Of a DNA stretch of 64,000 nt, positions 27,917-38,384 are shown one piece after another. Position numbers and translations under genes: made by a program. The stretch lies in IMG/VR virus record IMGVR_UViG_3300031772_000008. One strand, written 5' to 3'. This stretch comes from an uncultured virus (IMG/VR IMGVR_UViG_3300031772_000008). Taxonomy: Duplodnaviria > Heunggongvirae > Uroviricota > Caudoviricetes. The notes under the pieces are model-generated. The model was not told where the DNA came from and ran no database searches. It saw only the letters and a list, made by a program, of their open reading frames with translations. Every line of letters begins with the position of its first letter. Position 1 is the stretch's first letter.

Positions 27917-28098
27917 GAAATCTTAACAAGCAATATCTTTGCTTGCTTCCTGACTTTACTCTGAGTTTTCTTCGCATATTTCTTGACTAATTCCCTGTTT
28001 TTGGGTTCTTTCAAATAAGCAACCAACGCACCTGATATCATTGTGACTACTGCTATCGCAATAGCTTTAACAATCTTATCTTTCATAATACACCTCAT
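27913..28098 (-). CDS. Small membrane-anchored basic protein
   Basis: One hydrophobic helix plus Lys-rich tail; end of the lysis operon. Confidence 0.55.
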   Translation of the reverse strand: MRCIMKDKIVKAIAIAVVTMISGALVAYLKEPKNRELVKKYAKKTQSKVRKQAKILLVKIS

Positions 28099-28841
28099 AT
28101 CACTGCAACTTCTGATAAATCTTCCTTCAATCGTTCGAAATCAAATCCAGTCGTAAATCCTTCTACTTTTGCTTCTGGAGGGAGTAATGCATAACTCTCA
28201 TCTACATGCTCGTCCCACCACGCCCAAGTCCCTAACTGAGTAGTACCCCATGTTAACACTTCAACACCATCATCGTTGTATCCAGTAACATATACTGCAT
28301 GACCGGCGTTAATTTTCTTTCCGATTTGCCACGGTTTCTTAGACCTAAACTCATCCAATACCTTCTCCTGGCATTGGAAGCCCATGAACAACCCTCCGAA
28401 TATACTTATGGCTTGTTTTACATGCGTGTGATTAACGTGATTTACATTAGCATAAGCATATATTTTGCTTTCCTCAATACCTATTCGTCTCCAATACTTA
28501 ATGACATCTAAAAGATACAATCCAGAATCCACCCCACCAGTCAAATGATTGTAAATTCTAATTACTTCAGATTGACACGGGATATGCAATTGACTGACCA
28601 TCCCATGATAAACAGTTGAGCCGTGCGCCATGCCAACGACCGTGCAATTTCCAAGGGTATCGTTGGATAAAAGTGGGAATAAATACTCTGGTTTATAACC
28701 GAGGTTCGCACACACTCGTTTTGTAAGGTTCGTGGCTGAAGGAGGTTCAGGTATGTCGTCCTTTAAGTACATCCCGAACTGCAAAGTCCTGTAGTCCCTG
28801 AGGGGTGGTTTTTTGCCGAAGCGCAATGATTCTATGCTCAT
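28095..28841 (-). CDS. Papain-like (C1-type) cysteine peptidase
   Basis: GNCT catalytic Cys; AGHAVYVTGY catalytic His; TWG. Confidence 0.8.
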   Translation of the reverse strand: MSIESLRFGKKPPLRDYRTLQFGMYLKDDIPEPPSATNLTKRVCANLGYKPEYLFPLLSNDTLGNCTVVGMAHGSTVYHGMVSQLHIPCQSEVIRIYNHLTGGVDSGLYLLDVIKYWRRIGIEESKIYAYANVNHVNHTHVKQAISIFGGLFMGFQCQEKVLDEFRSKKPWQIGKKINAGHAVYVTGYNDDGVEVLTWGTTQLGTWAWWDEHVDESYALLPPEAKVEGFTTGFDFERLKEDLSEVAVI

Positions 28842-29833
28842 GGTATTCTCGTCAACTCCTTTTTTATGTAAACTTTCTTACCCATTTTGTACCATTCACT
28901 TCCATATTGGTCTTTCTCGATGGCTTCTGGATACCAGGTCTTATTCATCGTTCCAACACCAATAATATTTTCGATACTTGGGTTTGGATCGGTACGAATA
29001 TTGGCATTGGTAGTCAATATAACTTTCTCAGGTACAGTTCCAGGTGGTGGTGGTACTTCTCCTATCGGCTGGATATGAGTGCCGTATTTAGCATTAAACT
29101 GAGCAACTGTGCCGTTGAACCGATCTAAGTCCATATCAGGGTCTCCCCCCGTAGAACCATACTCAGCAGCTTTTAGATTCCCATCGGCACTCCATTGCCA
29201 GTGTCCGTATTGAGGAAAATCTATTGGCATAGATGGATAATCTCTGTTCGTCCAGTTAGCTACCCAATTCAATCGTCCACTGAAGTAAGAACTTCTCGCT
29301 ACCCTAGCATCCCAAAACCCCTTACTGGTATAAATAATAGCTTGCTTTCCAGTAAGAGATGTTAATTTCTTGTCGCACTCTATCAACCAATTCAATGTTC
29401 CATCTGGATTCAAAGTAGTAGATTCAGCATCAAGAACAATATCTAACTGAGGACGATGAGTTGATATCTCCGAGGCGAAGTTCGTGGCGTGTTTTGTGCA
29501 ATCCTGGCCTATGTTACAGAACCAATAAACTCCGACGGGAAAATCGTTAGCCATCGCATCACGATAGAAAGTGTCTGCTTTTGGGTCTTTCCACTCAGTC
29601 CCATACCCAAGACGCATAATAGCATATTGACACTTCGTTTTCGTGATTCCGAAGGACATACTACCATTCCACTTCGACAAATCCACGCCTTGTACTTCCC
29701 ATACCTTCGCCCCGTATAGAATACTGCGTAGTGATTTAACACCCGAATACGTGTTTAATGCTCTCTTCGGAGGAGAGTTGCAGGTCGGGCAGCCTACTAG
29801 ATTACCACTGCACGTTGGACATAACGTAGCCAT
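28838..29833 (-). CDS. Endolysin, GH25 muramidase with C-terminal SH3-like domain
   Basis: GVDLSKWNG, GVYWF, LDAE, IIYTS, WVANW, WQWS, DMDLDRF; C-terminal NIRTDP. Confidence 0.9.
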   Translation of the reverse strand: MATLCPTCSGNLVGCPTCNSPPKRALNTYSGVKSLRSILYGAKVWEVQGVDLSKWNGSMSFGITKTKCQYAIMRLGYGTEWKDPKADTFYRDAMANDFPVGVYWFCNIGQDCTKHATNFASEISTHRPQLDIVLDAESTTLNPDGTLNWLIECDKKLTSLTGKQAIIYTSKGFWDARVARSSYFSGRLNWVANWTNRDYPSMPIDFPQYGHWQWSADGNLKAAEYGSTGGDPDMDLDRFNGTVAQFNAKYGTHIQPIGEVPPPPGTVPEKVILTTNANIRTDPNPSIENIIGVGTMNKTWYPEAIEKDQYGSEWYKMGKKVYIKKELTRIP

Positions 29834-30174
29834 TATTTCACCGCAGTCGTCCTAGAAATGAACCTCTTGCCATACTCCGCCTTCTTAGAGGTCATGTAGG
29901 CTTTCTGACTAAATAGATAAGCCAATACAGAGGTCATTAAAATCTGGAACCACGGCTGAATTGTTGCGACAACTTCAGGATATTTTAACAACTGGCTCGC
30001 GCCTACGCTTAACAGTACCGAAGCGACCATCGGTAAAAGGAACTTAACATCCTTCGGTAGATTAATCCAACCTTTCCAATTTTCGACCACCCACGACAGA
30101 ACGTACATAATAATAGCGGGTGCTCCAACTCCTGTGATCCAAAGTAATACTTGTCCTAACTGTGTACTGTCCAT
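29833..30174 (-). CDS. Putative holin
   Basis: Three hydrophobic segments and a basic C-terminus; adjacent to the endolysin. Confidence 0.7.
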   Translation of the reverse strand: MDSTQLGQVLLWITGVGAPAIIMYVLSWVVENWKGWINLPKDVKFLLPMVASVLLSVGASQLLKYPEVVATIQPWFQILMTSVLAYLFSQKAYMTSKKAEYGKRFISRTTAVK

Positions 30175-30175
30175 T

Positions 30176-30724
30176 TTATTCTCCTATACCATTGGAAATA
30201 GAGTTATTCTTTAGTTTCTCTATCTCCAGACTAGTTTCTTGAGCGACCTTTGTTTTTTGTTCGTCGAGAGACAATAATGTTTTCTTCAATTGTATGGGTA
30301 CAGTATCCTCCTTCTTTTTACGCGGTTTTGCGACTTCCTCTGGTAGTATAGCATTTAACTTTAATTGCATGGTCTCCATTTTATACTTCATGGTAGCGAC
30401 CTCTGCATCTCTATCAATCTTAGCTAACATTAACTCACCAATTCTAGTTGTTTTGTCTATTATGGAAAGTTCGAGTTCCGCAAGGCGTTTATTGAGTCTT
30501 TCTACCTCTCCTTGTAGAGTTATAATAACATTAGATGATGCCACGGATGCCACACTAGCCGCTCCAGCGGCAGCATTGACTCTGTCTGTTTCTTCCTGAA
30601 CTTTCGCTTTCCTATCGTCCATTTCTGCTTGTTTTTTCTCCCGTCTTGCCTGTAGCATGAGACCGCCTAATGTTGGGACTATCGTAATGATAGCAAGTAT
30701 GATGGTTATAGTGTTTAAATCCAT
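30176..30724 (-). CDS. Membrane-anchored coiled-coil protein (lysis cassette)
   Basis: N-terminal TM helix followed by coiled coil; start at ATG 30724. Confidence 0.65.
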   Translation of the reverse strand: MDLNTITIILAIITIVPTLGGLMLQARREKKQAEMDDRKAKVQEETDRVNAAAGAASVASVASSNVIITLQGEVERLNKRLAELELSIIDKTTRIGELMLAKIDRDAEVATMKYKMETMQLKLNAILPEEVAKPRKKKEDTVPIQLKKTLLSLDEQKTKVAQETSLEIEKLKNNSISNGIGE

Positions 30725-30990
30725 TTGTTTGGCCCTCGCTTGCACAAGACTACTCCTAGTATAATAAACAGGAATATACTTTCCAATCTTATCACATTCG
30801 ACCACACATTCATTTGAATAGGCGTTTGGGTGTTAGTTAACTTAGCTCCATAGAACAGAAGTATACTACCGAAGTAAGTTATCGGGCCAATGGCTAAATA
30901 CCAGCTTTTCTTGTCTCGTATTACGAAGGATAACCATATCCCCATCCCTATTATAGTTGTTATTAATACTGCATCTGCATATATTGTCAT
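30715..30990 (-). CDS. Three-TM membrane protein (holin-like)
   Basis: AAGGAG RBS; hydrophobic. Confidence 0.6.
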   Translation of the reverse strand: MTIYADAVLITTIIGMGIWLSFVIRDKKSWYLAIGPITYFGSILLFYGAKLTNTQTPIQMNVWSNVIRLESIFLFIILGVVLCKRGPNKWI

Positions 30991-30999
30991 GTTTACTCC

Positions 31000-32322
31000 T
31001 TATGGTATCATCTCTATTCTAGGCCCAGCATCAACAACTTGTGTATCGAGAAGTATCTCTAACATAATTGCTGCGTTGGTTATTCTTACTTGTAAGTTGG
31101 CTAATTCTTCAATCTGAATAGACGCATTCGTAATCCGCATCTGTGCAGTTGTTTCTGCTTCCTCAATCATAATAGCGGAGTTGGTCATTAGCATACTAGA
31201 AGCTGGAAATCTATATCCAACCTCGAGCATGATGGCTAACCAATACGGGTCTGGGTCAGCATCATCCGAATAACCAAACCTACATCTTAATGCGTTTACT
31301 GTGGCTAAAGTATGCGGAGGTGCAGCAGCCGTCACGATGGCATGCTTGAAGAATGAAGTAATCTCAGAATAGTCAGCTAACGCACCAGCTATTCCCCACA
31401 GAGTAGTTTCTGTGGCACCATCTCGAATGATACAACCACCAGTATTCGCTGTGGCTGCTGCTGATGCATACTGAAGTAATGAGTCTACTCCGATAATATC
31501 CCGCATATTATCAAGCAAGTCAGCAAATTGTATCTCGCAATAATTAGCTGCCCCAATAGCAGTCTGTCTTACATAGTCCGAGGCTGCCCCAGTCACCCAG
31601 GGTTTTTCATCAAGCAAATTCCAAGCTGGTGTTCCATCAATATCCGTACCCGCACTATTCTCCATGATATTGGCAGCATTGTTATGCACACCGTCAGCAT
31701 TAGGTCTTAGTCCGTAAGTGCTTCCGGCGCCAATTGGATAATCGGCTGCTGTAACAGAATGTACTATATCATCGTACCAAGCTGTTAATGCCCCAACAGT
31801 CCTTAGACCATAATCTATCACGCTCATATTCTCGGCAGCATGAGCACTAGTTAATTGTGTCTGTGCAACACTATCTATCTGCCAATCAATCAACCAGGGA
31901 TTAGCACTTGTTACTGCTTTAATATCAATACAATACCATGTGTTTATCGCAACCGTCACCGTTCCTAGTTGAGTAGTCGCTCCATCAATACCTATACTGA
32001 AGGATACTTGCGTCACATCGTAGAGTATTTGTATATTATGTCCAACCGTAGTTATCGAATATATAATCCTATCCGATGCTGGAAGTGCAGGAAGGTAGAT
32101 ATAAAATCTTCCCACGAAGGTTTGTCCAGCGGTCATATTTCGGCTGATATAAGCTAATACGGAACCAGTCGCCACAGTCCTTAGAGAATAATCACCACGT
32201 GGGGTGACAGCATCGGTACGAATAGTACAAGCACCAGTGATTGCATCAATAAGTCCAGTTCCGCTCACAGAAGGAGTGGCTAGTCCGTACTCAAATCCAG
32301 TAATCCAGGTAGGGGTAGCCAA
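31000..32322 (-). CDS. Minor tail/virion protein (beta-sandwich/lectin-like)
   Basis: TGFE..; NTWYCID; WYDD; position in the tail operon. Confidence 0.6.
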   Translation of the reverse strand: MATPTWITGFEYGLATPSVSGTGLIDAITGACTIRTDAVTPRGDYSLRTVATGSVLAYISRNMTAGQTFVGRFYIYLPALPASDRIIYSITTVGHNIQILYDVTQVSFSIGIDGATTQLGTVTVAINTWYCIDIKAVTSANPWLIDWQIDSVAQTQLTSAHAAENMSVIDYGLRTVGALTAWYDDIVHSVTAADYPIGAGSTYGLRPNADGVHNNAANIMENSAGTDIDGTPAWNLLDEKPWVTGAASDYVRQTAIGAANYCEIQFADLLDNMRDIIGVDSLLQYASAAATANTGGCIIRDGATETTLWGIAGALADYSEITSFFKHAIVTAAAPPHTLATVNALRCRFGYSDDADPDPYWLAIMLEVGYRFPASSMLMTNSAIMIEEAETTAQMRITNASIQIEELANLQVRITNAAIMLEILLDTQVVDAGPRIEMIP

Positions 32323-33351
32323 TTACGTCACCTGTGCTACAAACTCGATTGCATCAATGTCTGCTTCTTCCCAAGGATTACCGTCCACGGGATTGACGAA
32401 TGAGTCATCTCCAATTACTCGATTATAAGCATCAGTATAGAGCGCTCTTCCAGCCGATACCACATCAGCACCTCCCGCTGCCAATTGTCCTAATTTCAAA
32501 GTCATGGCTGATGCTGCGGTCTTTCTAGCTCTCGCCTCTGCCCAAATCCTTAATATTGTATAACCAGTAAACGAAAGATGACTCATAGCAAACTGTTGTT
32601 GAACTCCAGAAGTATTATCATGGTAGACATAAGTCGTATCATCATCTTTCGGGAATTCATGGCACATCTGATAATTGTCTACATCATCTGCATCTGAACC
32701 GTGCCAGTTGTTATGAGTACCATTTCCGTCCGGTTCTATCTTTACAACGATTCCATCTCCACAGTAACTGTTATCCACAGCACCAGCAGTATCGTTGATT
32801 GCAATATCATCGATGTTTACTGTACCAGATGAGTCTGTCCCCCAACCTACACTATCAAAAGTAGCAGGTGCAGCTATCTTGGTATCTCCTGTAAAATCAC
32901 AAAGTTTATTACCATCCACATATAACACAAACCGCCCATTCGGAGCATCCGCAAGTTTGAAATATATTTCCAGTAAACTCCATACGTCATTCACGGGTGC
33001 AACAAGTGACTCTTCTAGTATGGTTGTCGCTGATAATATATTCCAAACGATAGTTCCGAGTTTCATTCCTACTCTTGCAACGAGTGTAGTACCACTCCAT
33101 AAAGAAATTGGCCAATGATTAAAAGATACAGTAGGCATCATAACTCTGGTACGCACATATATTTCTGTTGCAGCCGTTATCACTTTTCTAAGATGTCCTC
33201 CGGCCACAGTTGAACTATTTACCGCGTAGTAGTATGGACTAACAAATGGGTTGGCATTTTCGGCAGTTAGTGCCACATTAGCACTTATGGAAGAAAAGGT
33301 AGATATTAATGCATCCTGCATTTCTGCGCCATCAGTAAATAATCTGGTCAT
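32323..33351 (-). CDS. Minor tail/virion protein (ConA-like)
   Basis: FTDGAE..; WSLLEIYFK; IDDIAIND; similar architecture to 31000..32322. Confidence 0.6.
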   Translation of the reverse strand: MTRLFTDGAEMQDALISTFSSISANVALTAENANPFVSPYYYAVNSSTVAGGHLRKVITAATEIYVRTRVMMPTVSFNHWPISLWSGTTLVARVGMKLGTIVWNILSATTILEESLVAPVNDVWSLLEIYFKLADAPNGRFVLYVDGNKLCDFTGDTKIAAPATFDSVGWGTDSSGTVNIDDIAINDTAGAVDNSYCGDGIVVKIEPDGNGTHNNWHGSDADDVDNYQMCHEFPKDDDTTYVYHDNTSGVQQQFAMSHLSFTGYTILRIWAEARARKTAASAMTLKLGQLAAGGADVVSAGRALYTDAYNRVIGDDSFVNPVDGNPWEEADIDAIEFVAQVT

Positions 33352-33360
33352 AATAAACTC

Positions 33361-34329
33361 CTACGAGTGATGTACCACATGAATAGTCAAGTTCGCACCT
33401 GTAATAGCTGAGCCAATCTGGTCAACGATTGCTGTAAGATATTCACCATCCAACCAATTCGGAAGGTCTATAACAAGCGTGCTATCTGTAAACCCTGCTG
33501 CAACAATCTCTGGTCTATTTGCCTGGTTAGTAAAGATAGTCACCCCATTTCTATGAATATCCACTATCAAATTAGCACCTGTCGGAGCAGTAGTTACACA
33601 GATAAAGACTTGCGTTACGACTTGAGTTATTCCAGTTAAGTTATAAATTCTAAGCAATCCACCACCCACAGCAATATTTCCTGCATACGTGAATATTGTC
33701 TGCCGTACAAATGCATTTGCTTCTAAGTCCGCTGTTCGTTCAGCCAATTGGTCTAAAGCATCGTTTGTATCTCCAGGGTCTACTCCACCATCCCAATCAG
33801 CGTCTACAGCAGGGTCGTAAGTCACTACTGATGCATCGACAGCACCACCTTCGGCTGCCGAACTATGGTCATGCACCGCGTCAGACCATACATTATCCCA
33901 ATCTAATGTTCCTCCTTCGGAAGCAGCACTATGGTCATGTACCGCGTCAGACCATACATTATCCCAGTCTAATTGTCCTCCATCACCAGGTATTCCAGCG
34001 TGAGCGTGGTCGGCTAGAGGACCGCCACCACCTGGTTCCCACGCTGAGTTTCCCGCGCCATCCGAAGTTAATACATCGCCATCATTCGCACCTGTACTCA
34101 GTAGATGGTCGGCATTGAATTGACCTCCATCTCCTGGTACACCTTCATGCTCATGGTCAGCTAAAACACCCCCGCCACCACCCATAGCATTCCAAACTGC
34201 TCCATCCCACCAATAGGAATCAAGTGTATCTGTCTGAAACCATACAGCACCTGGATTAATAGGAACACATAGTGCCATTTCAGCAGCAGTTCCAACCCAA
34301 TGATTTCTTTCGTGATAGTTAGCAGTCAT
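33361..34329 (-). CDS. Tail fibre-like protein with H-x-H repeats
   Basis: DHEH, DHAH and HDH motifs, GDVLT.DG, C-terminal TAPTGA..IVDI..NG domain. Confidence 0.65.
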   Translation of the reverse strand: MTANYHERNHWVGTAAEMALCVPINPGAVWFQTDTLDSYWWDGAVWNAMGGGGGVLADHEHEGVPGDGGQFNADHLLSTGANDGDVLTSDGAGNSAWEPGGGGPLADHAHAGIPGDGGQLDWDNVWSDAVHDHSAASEGGTLDWDNVWSDAVHDHSSAAEGGAVDASVVTYDPAVDADWDGGVDPGDTNDALDQLAERTADLEANAFVRQTIFTYAGNIAVGGGLLRIYNLTGITQVVTQVFICVTTAPTGANLIVDIHRNGVTIFTNQANRPEIVAAGFTDSTLVIDLPNWLDGEYLTAIVDQIGSAITGANLTIHVVHHS

Positions 34330-34343
34330 ATCTCACTATTATA

Positions 34344-35732
34344 CTATGGTGGCTCGGATGGACTTACGCTTGGTGAAACACTCGGACTTTCCGAGGGAGA
34401 CATCGATGGGCTTTCGCTCGATGAAGGACTCTCACTTGGTGATACGGATGGACTTACGCTAGAAGAAGGACTTTCGGACGGGGACGCAGAAAGACTTTCG
34501 CTAGAAGAAGGGCTTTTCGAGGGAGATACACTCGGGCTGACACTTGGACTTACCGAAGGACTAATACTGGGACTAATACTTGGACTAACAGAACGTGATG
34601 TACTTGACGAAGGACTTCTACTTGGGCTTACAGAACGCGAGACACTGTGACTCGGACTTTGTGAAGGACTTACGGAACGCGATGCACTAGAACTAGGACT
34701 TTTACTAGGACTCACACTAGATATCGTTGATGGACTTTGACTCGCAGATGGGCTTTTACTAGGCGATACACTGCGAGAAATACTCGGACTGACAGACCGT
34801 GATGCACTGGAACTGGGAGATAAACTCGCAGACGGGGATTTAGACAAACTTCCTGACGGACTTAAGGACGGCGACATAGATTTAGAAGCACTAGCCGATG
34901 GGCTTCTACTCGCAGAGGGACTTACGGAACGTGATACACTACGAGAAACGCTCGGACTGACAGAGCGTGATACACTGGAACTGGGACTTTTACTGGGGCT
35001 GACAGATTTACTCATACTTGATGAAGGACTTAAACTAGGACTTACAGATTTACTGACACTAGAAGAAGGACTTCTGCTTGGTGATACAGAAGGAGACACA
35101 CTAGCCGATGGACTTATAGAAGGACTTCCTATCGATGTAATTCCTCCACCTCCAGGAATCAATACCTCTACACATGGATTATTATATAATAATCTATTCA
35201 TGTATAATGCTCTTGAATGGGCAAACATAGCGCATACAAAAACGTCTGGAACAGAATATGCGCACATAAATGCTTGACTCATTCGTCCGTCTAAATAATT
35301 CGCCCCACTGTATCTACCCATCTCTAAATCTTCTGAACTATCGAGTATAGAAGCGGGTACATTGTATCTATTTTTATACCATATTCCATTTACAAACAAC
35401 GCGATTTCATTAGATACGGTAAATCTTCCAACTATATAGAACCATTGACTAACTTTGTAATTAACCGCAGAATCTGTTACTTGAGAATAAGTGATACCGT
35501 CAGCACTTACTGCAAACGCAAATTTATTCTCGAAAGACTTAAACAATAAATAAGAACGCTGATTCGTATTTTCATTCCACTTACTTATTATCCCAGTATT
35601 CTGATATGAACTTTGAAAATCAAAATATACCCAAGTTCCAATAGTTAAATCTCCCGTAATAGAAAGACCAGGTTCATCTTCTCTGGTGAGGTAATTAGAA
35701 TTCGCGCGTACAAAATCTTGGTATATTTCCAT
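34344..35732 (-). CDS. LamG-like domain + mucin-like Ser-Pro-Ser repeat protein
   Basis: LTIGTWV, QWFYIVGRF, LFVNG, YLDGRM; about 260 aa of SPS(V/I/K/R/E/S) repeats. Confidence 0.8.
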   Translation of the reverse strand: MEIYQDFVRANSNYLTREDEPGLSITGDLTIGTWVYFDFQSSYQNTGIISKWNENTNQRSYLLFKSFENKFAFAVSADGITYSQVTDSAVNYKVSQWFYIVGRFTVSNEIALFVNGIWYKNRYNVPASILDSSEDLEMGRYSGANYLDGRMSQAFMCAYSVPDVFVCAMFAHSRALYMNRLLYNNPCVEVLIPGGGGITSIGSPSISPSASVSPSVSPSRSPSSSVSKSVSPSLSPSSSMSKSVSPSKSPSSSVSRSVSPSVSRSVSRSVSPSASRSPSASASKSMSPSLSPSGSLSKSPSASLSPSSSASRSVSPSISRSVSPSKSPSASQSPSTISSVSPSKSPSSSASRSVSPSQSPSHSVSRSVSPSRSPSSSTSRSVSPSISPSISPSVSPSVSPSVSPSKSPSSSESLSASPSESPSSSVSPSVSPSESPSSSESPSMSPSESPSVSPSVSPSEPP

Positions 35733-35739
35733 AATGTTC

Positions 35740-37071
35740 CTACGCTATAAATGCCTGAATACCACAATCGCAAGGTTCTCCACTAGTATCTGGAATACTA
35801 TCGGTAAATGGAGCGGTATCACAATTCGTTCCAGCAATCCCCACAGGAACAGCATCCGTTTCGTCAGTCATTACACCGATACAATGATGATAGTGGTTAA
35901 TGTGGCTTAGAGTCAACCCAACTATAATTTCACCGTTAATATCTACGGGATTGAACGATATTGTTTGAGGAGAAGTTTCAACAAGTGCGGCATGTGTAGT
36001 CCAAGCATCTGTGGTTACATAGACATCCTTGCCTATTGTATCAATCGCTCTTTGGTGTAATCCATCAAGCGGGTCAAACCACATATCGTCTAGTCGTATC
36101 GGATAAATAGCATTATCAAGAAATACTACCGTATTATCCCAATGGTCGTTTGGAACATCAAAAGCGCCAATTTCTAAACTATGTAAACCATCATCATGTT
36201 CATTTCCCCAGTAATAGATTTTCTTAAGGTTATCAAGAGGGTTCCACTTTAATTTAGTTTCATGCAGACCTGTAGATAATAGAGTGGCTGTATTTTCAAT
36301 GGTAGTTCCGCCATCTTCACTATACCACGCTGAGTTCCCAAAAGGAGTGCCCATAGCAGATATAAATAAGGTATCCCCAGACGCTCTTATACTTCCAAGT
36401 GCATAGGTATAGTTATGGTGATGGAAGAATTCCGCGTCTGCTGTCCAATTATCACCATAATCATCACTATGAATTGCCCAATAAGAATGCGGTACAGCAT
36501 TAACAGCATTAGCTCCGAATGTAGCATGTACCCTACCAGGAACGGTTAGATTAAGACAGAAGCCTCCAATCTTTGTAGTTGTTGTAGCAACACCGCATGC
36601 TGCGGCAGCAATAGCGAGAGTTAGGATTGCTTCCCAATTTCCACCATTGACACGTCTATACAATGTATTCTCAGACTCAATCAATACATATTGCCTATCT
36701 GCTGGAACGAATGGGTCAATATGAAATTCCTTACAGTCTAATGCACCAAGACCCGCACTAACATCTTCCCAGGTTGGTTGTATGGCTTCATTAACAAAAT
36801 TATCTGTAAAATAAATACCACCTGCGGTAGTTGCCACATAGATATAAGTCTCAAGAGGTGGAGTAGTCTTAATGTTTAGAACTCTACCCTGACCTGACAT
36901 ATCATATATATTGTTATTCTCATCTATACTGTTCATCGGCCAATAGGCTCGTAGACCTGGATATTGTAAGTTCATACTTACAATATTTCCCCATGTAGTC
37001 GTAGGCGCGTATAGACTTACAAACTCTGTTCTATTCGTATCAATGTTTTTATCGTTTCTTAGAACAGGCAT
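35740..37071 (-). CDS. Tail protein with BNR/Asp-box propeller
   Basis: SDDYGDNW and SEDGGTT Asp-boxes; N-terminal YWPMN..YDMSGQG. Confidence 0.65.
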   Translation of the reverse strand: MPVLRNDKNIDTNRTEFVSLYAPTTTWGNIVSMNLQYPGLRAYWPMNSIDENNNIYDMSGQGRVLNIKTTPPLETYIYVATTAGGIYFTDNFVNEAIQPTWEDVSAGLGALDCKEFHIDPFVPADRQYVLIESENTLYRRVNGGNWEAILTLAIAAAACGVATTTTKIGGFCLNLTVPGRVHATFGANAVNAVPHSYWAIHSDDYGDNWTADAEFFHHHNYTYALGSIRASGDTLFISAMGTPFGNSAWYSEDGGTTIENTATLLSTGLHETKLKWNPLDNLKKIYYWGNEHDDGLHSLEIGAFDVPNDHWDNTVVFLDNAIYPIRLDDMWFDPLDGLHQRAIDTIGKDVYVTTDAWTTHAALVETSPQTISFNPVDINGEIIVGLTLSHINHYHHCIGVMTDETDAVPVGIAGTNCDTAPFTDSIPDTSGEPCDCGIQAFIA

Positions 37072-38384
37072 TATACGCCTCCCAGTCCTAACTTAGCTAA
37101 ATAGTTAGAAAGTCTGCGTATTTTTGCACCAGTTATTGTGACTTTATCTGGGGCAGTATAAGTAACTTCTTCCGCAAAGAACACTCTTGGGTCATTTCTT
37201 GGAGTAACGACTTTAATACCCGAAGGAGACAGTACATAGGGAACAGCCACCCACTTTCCAGGTAATACATCCCAGGGTCTTATCTTTACTCCACTAATAG
37301 ATTCTATTTCCTGTTCCGTAGAAGTCTCATAGTAAAAATACTCAACCTCTGTCGGGATAGATTTATAAACAGGTTTTCTATTAGCGTATATACCAAACAA
37401 CCACCTTTCGTCACTCCCTCCTCCTAGATCAACAATATCATCAATAATTGTTTTTGCCAGTTTATTTTCACATTCAGTAACTTTCTGAATAACCATGTTC
37501 TCGTCTATCTTGTTGTATAAATCATCGAATATATTATTCGGGTCTTCGTCTAATACTGCTATTATTTTGTCACTAACATATATCCATTCTTGTGGGGGAA
37601 GTGGAGAGGGAGAAGCACTCGCGGAAGGTGAGGCGCTACCAGAAGGAGATGCGGATGCGCTGACAGACTGAGACAGACTTTCACTAGGACTTATCGAAGC
37701 TGATTCGCTAGATAAGAATGGTTCGAATTCCCCGCAATTGTTATTGTATACGTAATTAGATAGCCAATCTATATAACCTCTGCAATTTATAGTGACGCTG
37801 ATTTCTCCAGACGATTCTCCTATGGATAAAGTAGTGTTTGCCTCTGGATTTGAATTCTCCACAAGATATAAACCTTGAATTTCATAAGCGTCATCAGTCC
37901 ACGTATTTCCTATGTTTAACACCTTCTCCCATATTCCATACCTTGCTTGGCTGGTAAGGTCTTCCTCTATAATAGTTTCTGTGGGAGTTCCAGTGGGGAT
38001 AGGTTCTGTAGGTTCATTCGTTTCATAATAAGGGGTATACATCGTGCTTATTCTATTGACTACATTCACAAGAGGGCCGCGTGTATAATTAACTCCTCCT
38101 AAAGATACATTGACTTGATTGACAAACCCTTCCCACACTATCTGCATACTGGGACTGTAGACCTCAATATGTCTCCCCAATCCAAACTGAACCCAATCAT
38201 CAATAAAGTTATTGTTTCCAGATACAGAGAAATCTGATGATATATATCCCCCATTTGCGGATATCGTATGAGCATAATCGTTTACGATATCTGTGTAGTT
38301 CCATAGATAATCTTTTCCTTGGATAAGTGGAGTATATACAAGTATGGACAATCCATTAGCTGAAAAACTAGACGGTGTGGTCAT
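37071..38384 (-). CDS. Tail hub/minor tail protein (with short SPS insert)
   Basis: VWEGFV; SQARYG.W motif; position after the distal tail gene. Confidence 0.65.
   Translation of the reverse strand: MTTPSSFSANGLSILVYTPLIQGKDYLWNYTDIVNDYAHTISANGGYISSDFSVSGNNNFIDDWVQFGLGRHIEVYSPSMQIVWEGFVNQVNVSLGGVNYTRGPLVNVVNRISTMYTPYYETNEPTEPIPTGTPTETIIEEDLTSQARYGIWEKVLNIGNTWTDDAYEIQGLYLVENSNPEANTTLSIGESSGEISVTINCRGYIDWLSNYVYNNNCGEFEPFLSSESASISPSESLSQSVSASASPSGSASPSASASPSPLPPQEWIYVSDKIIAVLDEDPNNIFDDLYNKIDENMVIQKVTECENKLAKTIIDDIVDLGGGSDERWLFGIYANRKPVYKSIPTEVEYFYYETSTEQEIESISGVKIRPWDVLPGKWVAVPYVLSPSGIKVVTPRNDPRVFFAEEVTYTAPDKVTITGAKIRRLSNYLAKLGLGGV

Noticed and set aside
33860..33970. Near-identical ~45-bp direct repeat
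   Set aside because: Simple intragenic duplication encoding LDWDNVWSDAVHDHS in a fibre protein.
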